In this document: piece after piece, positions 40,342 to 54,900 of the stretch
Position numbering within the stretch: the stretch's first letter is position 1
How the letters are laid out: every line of letters starts with the position of its first letter
DNA from: Eledone cirrhosa
Lineage: Eukaryota
Assembly: GCA_964016885.1 (NCBI GenBank)
Contig: OZ024743.1
Location: 42,966,001 to 43,030,000, forward strand
DNA: 64,000 nt
Reading direction: 5' to 3'
Translations under genes and position numbers: made by a program
The notes under the pieces: generated by a model
Told to the model about the DNA's origin: nothing
Database searches by the model: none
Seen by the model: only the letters and a program-made list of their open reading frames with translations

Positions 40342-40990
40342 TTATGGAGGATAAGTATCTGAAAGTGTGTTAAGTTTATATGAGCTGGAAAGCAGGTGTG
40401 ATTTCATGTGTGGGCAACTGGTGAAAATTTCCGTCTTTGTGTTCAGGCAGGTCTTTGGTGATTTTAGATTTTGCAATATCCAATATTTTTCATTTATGCA
40501 GAGCGTGCATTTTCTTGTTCCTCTAGCATATTTTTTAGATTGGTTCAAAATTGACCAATCTAGTTTATATTGGATGCCTTGGTCTTTCAAATCCCAAATT
40601 CTGCTAGCCAGAGCTGTTGTATATCTTTTTTCTGAATGTCGAAAGGATGCGACATGTGAGTAATAAAGCGTTTTGAATTTGTATTGCGTCATACCCACAT
40701 ATCGTTCACTGGTGGCTGGATGGTTGTTGCTGATGGTTGTCACTTTAGCCGCATATACAATGGCTTTGGTGTTGCATTTACCTTGTAATGGGCATTCACT
40801 TTTGATTCTACAGGAGCAAGTTGGATTTTCTCTAGGAGATATTTTGTTGAGGATATAGGACTTAATAGGGGGACCGCAGGAATAGCTAATTTTGACACAG
40901 TTTCTGTTAAATATCTTATAGTATCTATGTGTTCTAGGGAAATGTTTATCTAGGAGCTCAATGGATTTTTTGCCTACATTAGTTTTAACT
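40342..40990 (-). pseudogene. Penelope-like GIY-YIG endonuclease C-terminus
   Basis: KISYSC, CSCRIKSECPLQGKC, IVYAA, YVGMT..FK..Y..H..SF, CTLCINEK, LNTKTE...CPH. Confidence 0.9.
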
Positions 40991-41414
40991 GTTAAGTTAA
41001 AACTAATGTAGGCAAAAATGTTCCATTTTTATAAATATATCGAGATTGATACTTTCCTTTAATTATTACACTCCCTTACCTCTTTTACTTCCGCATCTAA
41101 GTGTACGTGTGTGTAGGTGTGTTTATGCGCGCGCCTTCATATTCAATTTCTTATGATGTATCTATTCTGTCTGTTGATTACAGACATATAGATACATTTG
41201 CACAAAATTTTATATTTACGCACACTTTTTCACTATACGTATACATGTGTGCATACACATATATCCACATCTGTGAGCGTATATATATATATATATACAT
41301 ACACCTAACTATATTTCTTGATAGATTATTATATATTTCAATTTCTAATTCATTTGTCTATATTTTTTTTGATTTTCTTGACGAGACTTTCCAAGTATTT
41401 ACCCATGTTTTATA

Positions 41415-41490
41415 TTGCCTCGTCTGACGAACGAATGAAGACGTTTCTTTCGTATTCGCTTCATTCGGGAAACCTCTGGTAATGAGGTAA
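41415..41490 (+). ncRNA. Type I hammerhead ribozyme motif
   Basis: ttgcctcgt CTGACGA a-cgaatgaag...cttcattcg-g GAAAC c-tct-g GTA atgaggtaa; 9-bp stems I and II. Confidence 0.87.
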
Positions 41491-41631
41491 TTATATTGTA
41501 TTGATTTTTATACATTAAATTTTGCTCTGATACTTACATAGAGCACTCTTCACTTCTATGACATTTTCTGTTTCCAACGGACATTTCAATACTTGTAAAT
41601 ATATATATACATATACATATACATATATATA

Positions 41632-42512
<881 letters not shown>

Positions 42513-42522
42513 TATATATATA

Positions 42523-45500
42523 GAGAAACCCAGCATTCCAACCGCATCCATTTCCTCAGCCGCTGCCTCCACCTCCAGCTCATCTCCCTTAGCTTCCGAC
42601 TACACTTCCACACCTCCCCCTCTGCTTCCCCCTCCACCCAACGTATCCTCACCTGATCCTCGCGTCTCCTAATGCGGAAATCCATCCGCTCCTCCCTCTC
42701 CACCATCCGTTACCTTGACCACAAACTCACCCCTACCCTCCTCTACCTTAACTCCGCATGCCATCCCCTCCTCGCCCACTCCATCTCCCTCTTCATCCAA
42801 AAGCTCAAAACGACTTCTCCTTCCTCACCTCCACCAAAGCCCTTAAGCTACACTCACTCCTCCCCACCACCACGTTCCACCACGACCCGCCCATCCCCTT
42901 GACCCTCCCACATACCTCCCACCCTCCCCACCACCATCCACCATACACTCCCATCCCCCCCTAACACCCTTACATACCCCCCCCCCCCCTCCTACGCCTC
43001 GCATCCCTACAACCCCCCTCCCCTCCCCCATACCGAACCGAACCCAACCCCGCCTTGTCACCATACTCGTTGACCTCCCCCTCTCCGCACCTGAGCGGTC
43101 ACTCCTCTGTAGAGACTTTCGCTTCATACCTCACACACCGCACAGCTACGAGTTCCGCACCCGAACGGAAGTCGAACGATTCGTGCGACGCACGAAGCTA
43201 CAGGCATATTACCATCTAACCATACCGGGTCCGAGTACCCCAGACCCGTTTCTCACCCTAGGCCGCCGACTATCGTCTTGAACGCCGGCAGCAGGGCAAT
43301 TTAGCACCCTGGACATGTTCGTTGACGCCTGCCGTAGCGCAGTAAATCGCTTCGACTTCGGCCACCGTTCCAAACGGAATAACATCTCACGGGGCGAACT
43401 CTTCGCTCACCGCTTCCTCCGTAGCCGAGATGACATCGTCATCAAACCGGCGGACAAAGGAGGTGCAGTGGTGGTGTGGCGCGGTGACCTCTACACGGCA
43501 GAAGGCCGCAGGCAGCTCCGTAAACCCCTCTTCTACCGCCCTCTCCCTCTGACCCACACCCCTCTACCAACAACACATTTCCTCCACTATCAAACACCTT
43601 GTCTCCTCCTCCCTCCTCCCCCCCACCGCTTCCCACCTCATCGTCCGCACCCCCCGCACTCCTACTATCTACTTCCTCTCCAAACTCCACAGACCTGACA
43701 ACCCCGGCCGCCCCATCGTCTCTGCTTTGAACTGCCCCACTGAACTCATCTCCGCCTTTCTTGACTCCCACCTCGCCCCCTCGTCACCACCTTCCCCTCT
43801 TACACCTTTGACACCAACCACGCCCTTCGCCTGTTCGACACCTTCACTTTCCCACCCGGCCCAGATCCCCTCCTCTTCACCCTAGATATCCAGTCCGTCT
43901 TTACTGTCATCCCCCACGCCGACGGCCTTCGTGCCCTCCGGCACTACCTCGACCTTCGCCCCTCCTCCACCCCACCCTCCTTCGCCTTTCCGAGCTGGTC
44001 CTCACCCCCAACTGCTTCTCCTTCTCGGGTGAGTTTTACCAACAGGTCACGGGGGTAGCCATGGTATCAAGAATGGGCCCAATCTATGCCAACCTTTTCG
44101 TTGGCCATGTTGAGGCCCAAATATTTGCCCAGTACACCGTCCCCACGCCCGAACTTAATGGTCGTTACATCGACGACTTTATCGGAGCCACGACCCTCAC
44201 CTGAGAACAACTCGACTCCTTTCTCTCTTTCTTCTGTTCCTTCCACCCCTCCCTCCACTTCACCACCTCTATCTCCACCACCCACGTCCACTTCTTAGAC
44301 ATCTCCATCGCCATCGACCACTCCCACCGCCCCCTGGACACTGCCGCCTTCTCCAAACCAACAGACTCCCACTCCTACTTCGACTTTACCTTCACCCACC
44401 CCACACACACTAAACACTCTATTCCCTATTCCCAACTCCTCCAGATCCGCTGCCTCTGCAGCCGAGATGCTGAGTTCGTGTCCCAAGCCCTTTCCCTAGT
44501 CAGCCATTTCATCTGACGTGGTTACCCTCCACCTCCCTAGTCCACACCGCCTTCACTCGTGCCCGTTCTGTTCTCTGCTCCACTGCCCTCACCCCATGCC
44601 ACCGCCGACCTACCCACCCTCTCCCCTTCGCCATCAACTACGATCCCTCCAGCCTACCTACTCTCTCTCCCCCTCTCTCTCTCCCTATCTCTCTCTCACT
44701 CTCACTCGCCCCGCTCACCCTACATCCCTTCACACACACACATCCCACTAACACCTCTACTAATATACACCCCGTCACCCCACGTTACCCCCTCCGTCCT
44801 TCACACCGACCCATCTTCTCCCCTGTCCACCGCACCTCCACACACACAGACATACACACAGTCTACACCACACTGACCTTACACCACCTGTCAGCCAGCT
44901 CTGCTGCTATCTCCTCCTCCTCCTCTACTTCTATCTCTTCACCTTGCCTTGACCCTCTGACCACTACCTGTTGCGCGCGCACCCCACTTCCCGCCACTTC
45001 CGACCACCACCAACATTGGAGTCCACACCACCGGACACTTCTCCAGCCATCCACTCCATACCATGGAAAATATCCAACACTTCTTCTCACACTCGATGGA
45101 ACTACCTCAGGAACTTACCCACGAACATACACACACATTTTCTTTCGTACCACGCCACCTACATCCACACCACATATAAACACAAACACACACGTGCGTA
45201 CCCCCACCTATATACACTCTCAACCTCCGGAATCCAGAACATGGAACCTCGTCCTTCTTTTCACATACACACACACTCACGTACACCTACACACATACAC
45301 AAACATCACCTTCAGCCTTCCCCGCTTCCACTCAACTCCACCCGCCACCACCCTCACACGCCTTACACCCTTCACCACTTGCTCATCTTATTGTTAATTC
45401 TTATGTTTATTTTTCGTTTATTTTTATTTATGTTTGTTCTCCTTCACCCTTTTTTTCTAAATGTATTTCCACACACCTTCGGAACTATCTTCCTAACCTA

Positions 45501-45615
45501 TTTATCCCGAAGAAGGGCTTGTGCCCGAAACGCCCACCCCCTCCCTACTATCAAAAGCGTAAACCTAATAAAACTTTAATTGTCTGTCTCTCTGTTTTGT
45601 TACTGTATAAATGTG

Positions 45616-45617
<2 letters not shown>
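42523..45617 (+). mobile_element. Penelope-like element (Neptune-type RT), near full length, heavily mutated
   Basis: IKPADKGGAVVVW, PGRPIVSA..CPTE, FTLDIQS, GVAMV..MGP.YANLFVG, RYIDD, HFLD, IPYSQ; AATAAA at ~45567; flanked by TA arrays. Confidence 0.88.
45507..45535 (+). ncRNA. Degenerate minimal hammerhead motif
   Basis: CCGAAGA a-gggc-ttgt-gccc GAAAC GCC; core U4 and the cleavage triplet are mutated. Confidence 0.5.
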
Positions 45618-45671
<54 letters not shown>

Positions 45672-45673
<2 letters not shown>

Positions 45674-46580
45674 CAACGTAGGCAGCAACAGTGATAGCCT
45701 TACCGTGGGAAATAGACGGAACCGCGACAGAAATTGCAACTGCCGCAACAGAGGACGCTGCCCCCTTAGAGGATACTGCTTGACTGATAGGGTTATATAT
45801 AGATGCACTATTACTAGCCACAATAGCGTTAAACATTATATAGGGGCTACCTCCGGCCCGTTCAAAATTAGGTTTCGAACACATCTCCACTCTTTCACAA
45901 ATAGAAAACTAAGGCATTCCACTTCGCTCGCGGAGTACATCACATCACTAAAGGACTTAAACATCAGCTTCTCCACGCAGTGGGAGATTGTCGGCAGGGC
46001 TGCACCGTACAACTTCAAGAGGAAATGCGATCTTTGCCTCATGGAGCTCTACCACATCATAACTGCACCCCACGAGCTCTCAACAGCAGAGCTGAAACAG
46101 TGATAAGTTGTACACATCGCTTAAAAATATCCTTCTTCAGATGGGTTAAGGATAAAGAGTGAAACAGTACACTGGATCTCCCTGCAGCAAGTCTGAACAC
46201 CCTGGCGGGCAGGCACTGCAAAATAACACCCAGGAAACAATCCTTGCATACCAGACCCAGCCTCAGACAAACGGATGCAGCAAAAAAAAAAAAAAATTGT
46301 CCGGGAAAGACTGCCCTAACACTAGCCAGAGTTACCTCCCTTGACCTCTTGCAAAATCAAAACAAGATATTTTTTGCGAGCAATGAACCTTGATGTGGAT
46401 TTAACCTCTAAAACTCTTTCCGAACAATATAAGGAACACTTGTGATTATTTATGCCCTTGAGAAGCCCAACTGGGCGAAACGTACGTAGGTGCTGTTTTA
46501 AATAAACATGTTTTAACGGTCTATTCTCCGATTTTTTACTTTCCCACGTGCTTACGCTCTGCTAACTCTCTAGCCCACTA
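45672..46580 (+). mobile_element. 5'-truncated Penelope-like (Naiad-type) element: GIY-YIG + pLTR
   Basis: CNCRNRGRCPLRGYCL, VIYRC, YIGAT, FKIRF..H..SF, CDLCL.E; hammerhead at 46454 and AATAAA at ~46501. Confidence 0.88.
46454..46493 (+). ncRNA. Hammerhead motif, U3-A8 core variant
   Basis: gccc TTGAGAA gccc-aact-gggc GAAAC gtac GTA ggtgc; palindromic helix III ACGTACGT. Confidence 0.7.
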
Positions 46581-46705
46581 AATATTAACACTTCGAATAT
46601 TTAATACTGCCGGCACTAGTATCGAGCACCTTTGGCATACGCTATTTGGCAAATAACTATATGTATCACCTATCCCCCCTTTTTTTCTCTTTCTCGATAC
46701 GTAAA

Positions 46706-46803
<98 letters not shown>

Positions 46804-47401
46804 TCATCATGTAGTCTACTGACCCATTTCAATATACGTTCTTCGGACCAGGCCCACGTATATACCCATAGTTACCCGCCTTTCATTCATCTGAGCTGAC
46901 ACACCACGCATGGCTTCTGATCAACTACTAACGTAGTTCTACGTCTATTTCTGTGAATAACATATCATATTACTTATGGCCAACGATTCCTTCTCTCTAC
47001 GATATTCAGTTCTCGGAAATTGCCTGATTTCCAAAAGACCCTCTCACATCATACTGCTACTCCTTTCAAATTGTGCAAACGCACACAACCAGGAAAACGC
47101 TTATACACCTATATATCGTGCGATACTCCCATGGATTTATATAAATTCGACACACGAAACATACACATACACATAGATATACGCATGGGTAGGTAAATAC
47201 ACGAACATACAAAAATACGACGACGCAAACACACATTAAGTATACGCCAAATATCCATACACTCTTTCACTAATACATACATTGAGACTGATACGAATAA
47301 AGATCACGCAAACTGACAGACACATTATGAATTACTTCCACAGAAAGAGAAAGAGTGAGATTTTGTGCGTGTTTCAGTGAAAGAGAAGAAGGTTTGTTTG
47401 A

Positions 47402-47480
47402 CATCAGTACTAGACTAATCATTTTTAAATCGACCTAGTGAAGATGAAAGGCAAAGTTGGTCTTAGCGGTATCTGAATGC
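47402..47480 (-). mobile_element. SINE fragment
   Basis: GATGAAAGGCAAAGTTG is the reverse complement of the SINE body. Confidence 0.6.
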
Positions 47481-48096
47481 TGGATTGCTTTTTCTGATTG
47501 TTTTATACATTGTATTAAAACATTGGAAAAATGTTAACTCTCCTGTTTAAAATGACAAAACTTCATCTTAACAAAATATGACCTCGCGTGTCTCAAGGTA
47601 AACAAAAAGTAATTATACAAAGTCATATTTCAATAAATGGGGAAGAAATTCTCAACAGCTTAGTGGTATTAACATTACCATAGACCAGAACAGATTCACA
47701 TGGAAATAAATTTACTAAATTTGAAAAAATGCATCTATTTAGAATAGAATTTTTCGAATGTATTGAGGTGATTTCTTTTGATTTTATTTTTATGCTTCCT
47801 TATTTGATACGAGGCACCTGGTATTTTTCGATTAAGATTAATTTAAATTACTACATTAAGGATCATTCTATTCAACCTCCATGTTGGTAGGAGAAAATGT
47901 GTTTTTCTGTGTCAATATAGAGATTATATTAAGCAGGTTTAAATGATGGCCATTTTCCACTTCATATTTCTCTACTAAACTGGAAATTACAAAGAGGAGA
48001 ACATTACAAACATGATTTGAATTACAGATGAATCATAAAATGGCATGTGTATATATGCACATACACACACACACATGCAAACACACATATATATAT

Positions 48097-48434
<338 letters not shown>

Positions 48435-49729
48435 AGAGGTGAGATGACAGCAGAAATGTGTGGTAAAGTTATATATGTATAATTACTGAGATGACAGTTA
48501 TGACTGCACGAACGTGTAAATATATACATATCTAGTATGCAAAAATGCCAGAAAATATGAATTTCCCCGTATACATCATATATATATATATATATATATT
48601 CTCGCCTTCTCTCTCTCTCTCCAGCTCCCTCTCTCAATCTCTCTCTCTCTGTATATATATATATATATGTGTGTGTATGTATATACTTACGTTTTACATG
48701 TTGACGATTGGTGGTTGCGTATGTATCTCACCGATCGGTGAATTTGATGCAAATCGGGTAAGCACTCAACGTCATGTATTTTCTTCCAAATATAATTTGA
48801 TTGTTCGTTCGGAGTATATGTAGAATAATAGAAATGCGAAGTTCGGTGTAGATGGTCAACATTCTTTATTAATAAATCTGTGATATATATTTCAATGGCG
48901 CTCATTGTTACTCGATGGTTTTATCATGCAATATTTCAGTGGACATCATCAGTCAACGTCTTATCTAACATGGTTACAATTAAATCTAAATCACGGGAAC
49001 GGAGAGATATGAATCTTTTTAATTGCCAATATCCGTGTCCTTGTGAAATTTATTTCCACTCTACAGATGTGCGCATGCGAGGTGGTGGAAGAATGAATAA
49101 CAATCTGTGTATTATCCATTCTCTGCGAGCAACCCGAGCTACAGATACAAGCCTTTCACACATACCAAAGACGTACGCCGCTGTCGAGATATTACAGTAA
49201 CAGATGTTTCAGTTTACTCCTGGGTACTCGTCCAGCAGAGGCCAGAATTATTAGATAAATATTCCAGTGGTGGCATTCTTGTATCTCGGCGTCTTCTACA
49301 GCTATTTTCTGGCGGGACATCGCATGTCATCATTGTTTAATTTCCCATGAATATGTGAAGACATTGAGCTTAGCCTTTCGAAAAATAAATGAAGGTTGGC
49401 GTTGCACCTGGAAAAAAGTGTTTTGCCAAATTAATGTGCCTAAAATTCAACAGGCCATTGACAAAGTGATTGAAATATGGAGAGAATAATGTTTAAAGTT
49501 GCATAATTACAACATTTTAAGACCTCCAATGTCCTATACTAAGATGATTCTATCAAGGAGTATGAATAGCCTATGCAACGGAAATAAATAAAATTCTCAA
49601 TAGAATCTTTGAATAGAAAATGTCACAAAATGTCGATATGTGATTATCTGTAAATTAAATATTGTATTTTATCTGACGATAATGTACCAAAATAATGCTA
49701 CCCTTGAAATGTGTATAATAATATAAAAT

Positions 49730-50560
49730 GTCACAGGTGCGATTTTGTCACATGTGACAAACTCGCACTTGAGCTACTGAAGCATGGAGGAGAAACTGTT
49801 TTAGACATACGTACGGTCATCTGCAATAAGATCTGACAGACTAGTGAATAACCAACCCACTGAACTTTATCATTGGTTATACAACTTCCTAAACCAAGGC
49901 ACCTCCAACTACACTAGAACTAGCACACTATCAACAACACCAGCCATACAATCTTAGTTATGCTCAAAGTTATTCTGAATAGAGAGAAACATCAGGCAGA
50001 GACCATCATAGCTGGCGTCTATAACGTTATAAGCAGTACTGAACGAATCTCTTGTAGATGACTTTTATAGCTTGGTTGGAAAGAGAGGATGAATTACTCG
50101 AACTAGGTAAACACATTGATAAAATCACCACTATGTATGGCAAGGAAATCAGAGCTGAAAAAAATTCAAGATAAATGGTACAATATTTGAAGAAGGAAGG
50201 TATATGGAGATTGTACAGTAGTTTAACTTACTGGGGCTGGGATCCGTAATAACAAAGGATCGAGAATAGAAATCCTTACAAAACCCCACAATTTCAGTAT
50301 AGCATGGGAAGATAATATCAATACAGAGAAGACAACAACGTTACTGCTTGCACGGTTGCTATCCATATATCTGTAAGCGCGAAGAGATAAAGATACACAC
50401 ACGTACACTAGAAGTTCTCATAATTGTGATGAAAAGCAGTTTTGGTGTCATGGAAATGTAACACGAGATAACAGCCTTGCAATTAGATCTTACAAATTAA
50501 TTTGGAGGGAAAGAAAAACAGAGTCGGTCAAAAAAAGATGCCTAGTAAACATAAAAGAGT
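49730..50560 (+). mobile_element. Highly degraded RTE-type LINE RT fragment
   Basis: Remnant reading EL.ELGKHIDKITTMYGKEIRAEK, ING..., V..F.YLG-like; no intact ORF. Confidence 0.55.
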
Positions 50561-50694
50561 AGGCAGTCCTGTTACCACGGTGCTCCTACGATTCATCCGG
50601 TAGTTGAGGTTCTAAGAATACAGACACACACATATGCATATACACACTTATGTATATATACATATAAATGCATATATATATATATACATATAAA

Positions 50695-50784
<90 letters not shown>

Positions 50785-50925
50785 ATACTTTGGGAGGGTC
50801 ATGTTGCCAATAAGAAACACACGCACCAGTTGCTTTCACTTCAATTTATTATATATAAATTTATAATTTATAATTTATAATTTACGATTTCAGATAAAGA
50901 ATCTTGCTAAACAAATTCAGAAACG

Positions 50926-50997
<72 letters not shown>

Positions 50998-50999
50998 GT

Positions 51000-51990
51000 A
51001 GGAGGTGAGTTTTATTGTAGTACAATAAAGCAATGCAGATATCTGATAACAAGCACTCTACAGTTTGTAGGACTGGAGTATACATAATACATATAAGATC
51101 AAAAGATGGTTAAATGAGTTCCATGTATTTTATTATGAGCATTTCAAAAACAAATATCATCATGCAATAACATTTGTGTTTTCATCAGATAAAATAGGGG
51201 GACATGATATGAAGGTTAAAAAACACTTGTGGATAGTGCAGTTTTAAATCAACATATGAAAAGTAGTTTTAGATTGATGTGTGATATTGGGAAAAAAAAG
51301 TTGAGGGGTGGGGAGGTTGGACAGGATGAAAAAGAGGAGGAGATGAGAGTAAAAAGTGGAGGGGAGGAGTATAGTGAGGAAGGATGAGATAGGAGGAGAG
51401 ATGGGTGATAGAGAGAGAGAGAGATAGCTTTTATAACTGAGAAAAATATATTGTTTTACATAGAGAGGTTGAAAAAACCGCTGGAAGATAATGTATAAAT
51501 TAAAAGAATTTGAAAATTAACGAAGAGAAAAATAATGTAAAGTAAAGGTTTGTATATTGAAGGGTTTAATAATATGTGCGATGAAAAGAAATTGTTAATA
51601 TGTATTAAGAATAATATTTAAGGGTTTAATAATATGTGCGATGGAAAGCAAATGTTGATATGTATTATTAAAAAACAGAAGTAATGTAAGTAAGGATATA
51701 TTGTAAAATGAGCATGAATAAGTTAGATGAAAAGGAGAACAAAATAATGAATAGGGGATGAATAATCTAACGTCAAAAAATGTTTATGTTTACGAAGGAT
51801 TTTTTTCAAGGTGATATGAAGTAAGAATATGGTGTATTGTGTAGTAATTGTTTCTATGTTAGGCACAGTGAGAAAAGGTACAGATTAGGGGTTAGAAATT
51901 AGGAGTGTTGTAGAATATAATAAATATAATAAATAACTTTGAAATAAGGTAGAAAGATGGGTATATTTTTAAAGAAGTATATATATATAA
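51000..51990 (-). mobile_element. Degraded Penelope-like 3' end/pLTR
   Basis: C/T-rich minus strand with a remnant LCL..E...HKHF-like tail, a ~60-bp tandem duplication at ~51560-51668, and a hammerhead at 51126-51196. Confidence 0.6.
51126..51196 (-). ncRNA. Type I hammerhead ribozyme motif
   Basis: tattttat CTGATGA aaacacaaatgttattgc-atgatgatatttgttttt GAAA TG-ct-C ATA ataaaata; 8-bp stem I, long stem II, AUA triplet. Confidence 0.8.
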
Positions 51991-51992
51991 AT

Positions 51993-54900
51993 ATGAACAT
52001 CCAACTTCTTAATCAACGTGATTGATTATTTAACAAACACGCATACAATTAAAATAATTCCCAAATTGAAACAGATTGGCAGAAGATGCGACAATTATGG
52101 ACACTTGAATTCCAGACATATTCAAATCGACGGGCGTTTTCTCTTTCTGCATATCAAATTACTCTCACAAGTTGGTCACCCCGAAAATATGTTAAAAATA
52201 TTTTGCCAAGATGCCACGCTGTGGTATCCAATTCTGTACCCCATGAATGTATAACAACCCCCTTAACTCAGTCACGCCTCGTAGATAATACTATAAAGTA
52301 TTGTTTGTTATTAGATGAATGGCGCTAAATATCGCTAGATATTTTACACGTGGAAAGGCCGTAGCCGGGGGAATATAGTGTTCTTAGTATGGTCCTACAT
52401 TTTGCCTTCTGCTATAACACAACATTATGTGCTTGAGCAAGTCATTTTATTCCACGTTCTTCCTGTCTAGGTTGCTTGTAGAAATGAGATGTACCTGTAA
52501 TTCAAAGAGTCACATTTATGCTATACTGTATCATGTTGAACTCAAACGTGTCTGTGAACTTCACACCCACATGCACATTAATTCCGCGGCGATATTTTTT
52601 CTTTCTTCCTACAGCTTAACCCCTCATTATCGAAACGAAAGAAAGTCCAACACTTCATTTTACAATCTTTGTATCCTACGATGAACTTAGCCGAAAACCT
52701 TATAAATAAAGCATCATGTAAATATATCGTAACAATGCAACCGTACATATAAAAGCATTTTAATTGAAACATACCCAGGATTTATACAGAATATAGAAAA
52801 TTCAAACACAAAATTTCATATACATGAACCGATATCCGCCATTTTGATTGAGATGTATGTAATAATACTTTTTGTGCAAAGAATTGGCCGGAGGCACTAC
52901 CAAGTAATTGCTGCCTATTAATATACATGACTTTTTTGTGCTAAGAAGAAATACAACCAATAACAACAACAAAGAAAATACAAGTTACAAATAGCAACGA
53001 CCGTGAATACTTAGCACCAAGGTCATATTAGTAAAAGGCTGAAATATTCAATTACAGCGGAATCTTATTTTCCAGAATCTCAAAAGATAAGCATCTCTTT
53101 TATATAGGTCAACCTTACTCTGTAATATAAATCAAAGCCAAGCTACAGATCTATTGGGGATAGTAATTGTTTGTTATATGTTTGAAAATAACGCATATCA
53201 GATAATATTATTCCTGAACAAATTGTCGTATCCTTTCATATAATAATAATATTGACGTTTTGCAATGTTTGGTCTATGAAAATATCCAGGGATGGATTTC
53301 AGAAAATATTTCGTTACACTTTATTAAACAATAGGCTAACAAACATAAATATTGTTGAGTGTGATACAATTGTTTTCGCAAAACGGATGAATTAGAATAT
53401 CTCTCAGAATATATTAAGATGATTTTATTTTTATTTTCTAGAGTGTAGTTTCTATCAAAATGTCGACAAGGTCAACGGTGCCTCTGTCCCTTCCATGTCA
53501 GAAAAAATAAAGTTTCAATCAAATACTGGGAGGGTTTATCGTTAGCCATTCTGGCTAAGTTGGAAGATTTCTACATAAACTAGAAAGCATATTGTTAGAA
53601 TTGTATAACGTTACATTAAAAATGTCTCCATTTTCACCTACACTTTGTTTCTCTGTTGTCATATGGCCACTAAACTATTCATTCTTCACTGCATCATGCT
53701 GGCTGCCACCAATATGTAACAAAAAAATAACAGACTACGTTAGAAATAACATCAATTAGAAGCAATAAATCTACGCCATATGAATGTATCTACGTTCACG
53801 TTAGAGCAGTTATCGTTCACGGTTTGGGCCCCGCAAAATAGTACATTTTTAGTTTTATGACAATTTGTGTTAATTCTTATATATATATTTTCTTTTTAAA
53901 AAGGTCGTAAGACTTCCTTCCTTCGTTGCCCTGTGCAGGGAAAAATCTATATTTGAGAATTTTTGTCACAAATATTTGAATTTTGCTTTTAATTATTTTT
54001 TTTATGGAACTGTCGGTTTGAGATAAACTCTACAGTTGCTGAGGTGAGGTTAGGCGGACCCATCCTTGATGCGCCCAACCGACGAACCCGTGTTGCAGTC
54101 ACACATCTAGTGTTCGTGTATTTCTGATTTGTAGAGGTATGTTGTACAGCTGTTACCGCGTGTTGGACGGATCAGGATATTGTTCGGGTCCATTATGAAA
54201 TTCATCTCTCCCAGAATTTTGGCTGGAAAGTACTGGGAAATTTTCCGTTTCATTGTGGTTGTAGTGAAACAGGTTGTGTGTTAGACCTCATATTAATCAA
54301 GACAAATTGTATAGAGGTTAAAGGATTAGGGTTATAATTTGAAATGATATAATAATTAGGAGTAAAGGATATCCCAGGCTACAGAGTATTCCATATTAGA
54401 GATATTTAGTGCATTTATATGTCTGGCTAAAGAAGTAGAAAATATTTAATTGCTATTTTTAAATGAATGTTTGAGAATTAAAACGTTTCTTGAAAGCGTT
54501 AGCTGTAGATCCAATGTACGTTTTAGTGTCATTATGGGTTTTAACAGTGCATCTATATACTACATTATTAGTTAGATATCGACCATTCAGAGGGTAGTAA
54601 TTAGGATTTCTACAATTACGGTTACGCTTAGCGGCAGTAGAGATTGGAGGTAAAGGGATAGAATTAGTAAGCATATCATATGACAGTGAGGTGATAGGAA
54701 AGTTATAAGAATAACTGTTAATGTTAGAATTATTCGTATATAAAGAGTTAAGTGGTAGGGGTAAATTAACAGAAAGGGAGGCGCTATGTTGTTTAGTTTC
54801 TTATGGATCCTGTAATACTAAGAATTGACGTGCTACTACGCACACTAACTTTAAAACACTCTAAACGTGCCTATAAACCCTACTAAAACAGCTCACTCTG

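Larger units (their letters stand above)
38374..41580 (-). mobile_element. 5'-truncated Penelope-like (Naiad-type) element with an inverted pLTR at its 5' end
   Basis: GIY-YIG fragment on the minus strand at 40342-~41000. ~495-bp inverted repeat 38374-38869 / 41019-41516, each arm carrying a hammerhead. (TAAAAA)n at 40166-40272 in the 3' UTR. Confidence 0.88.
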
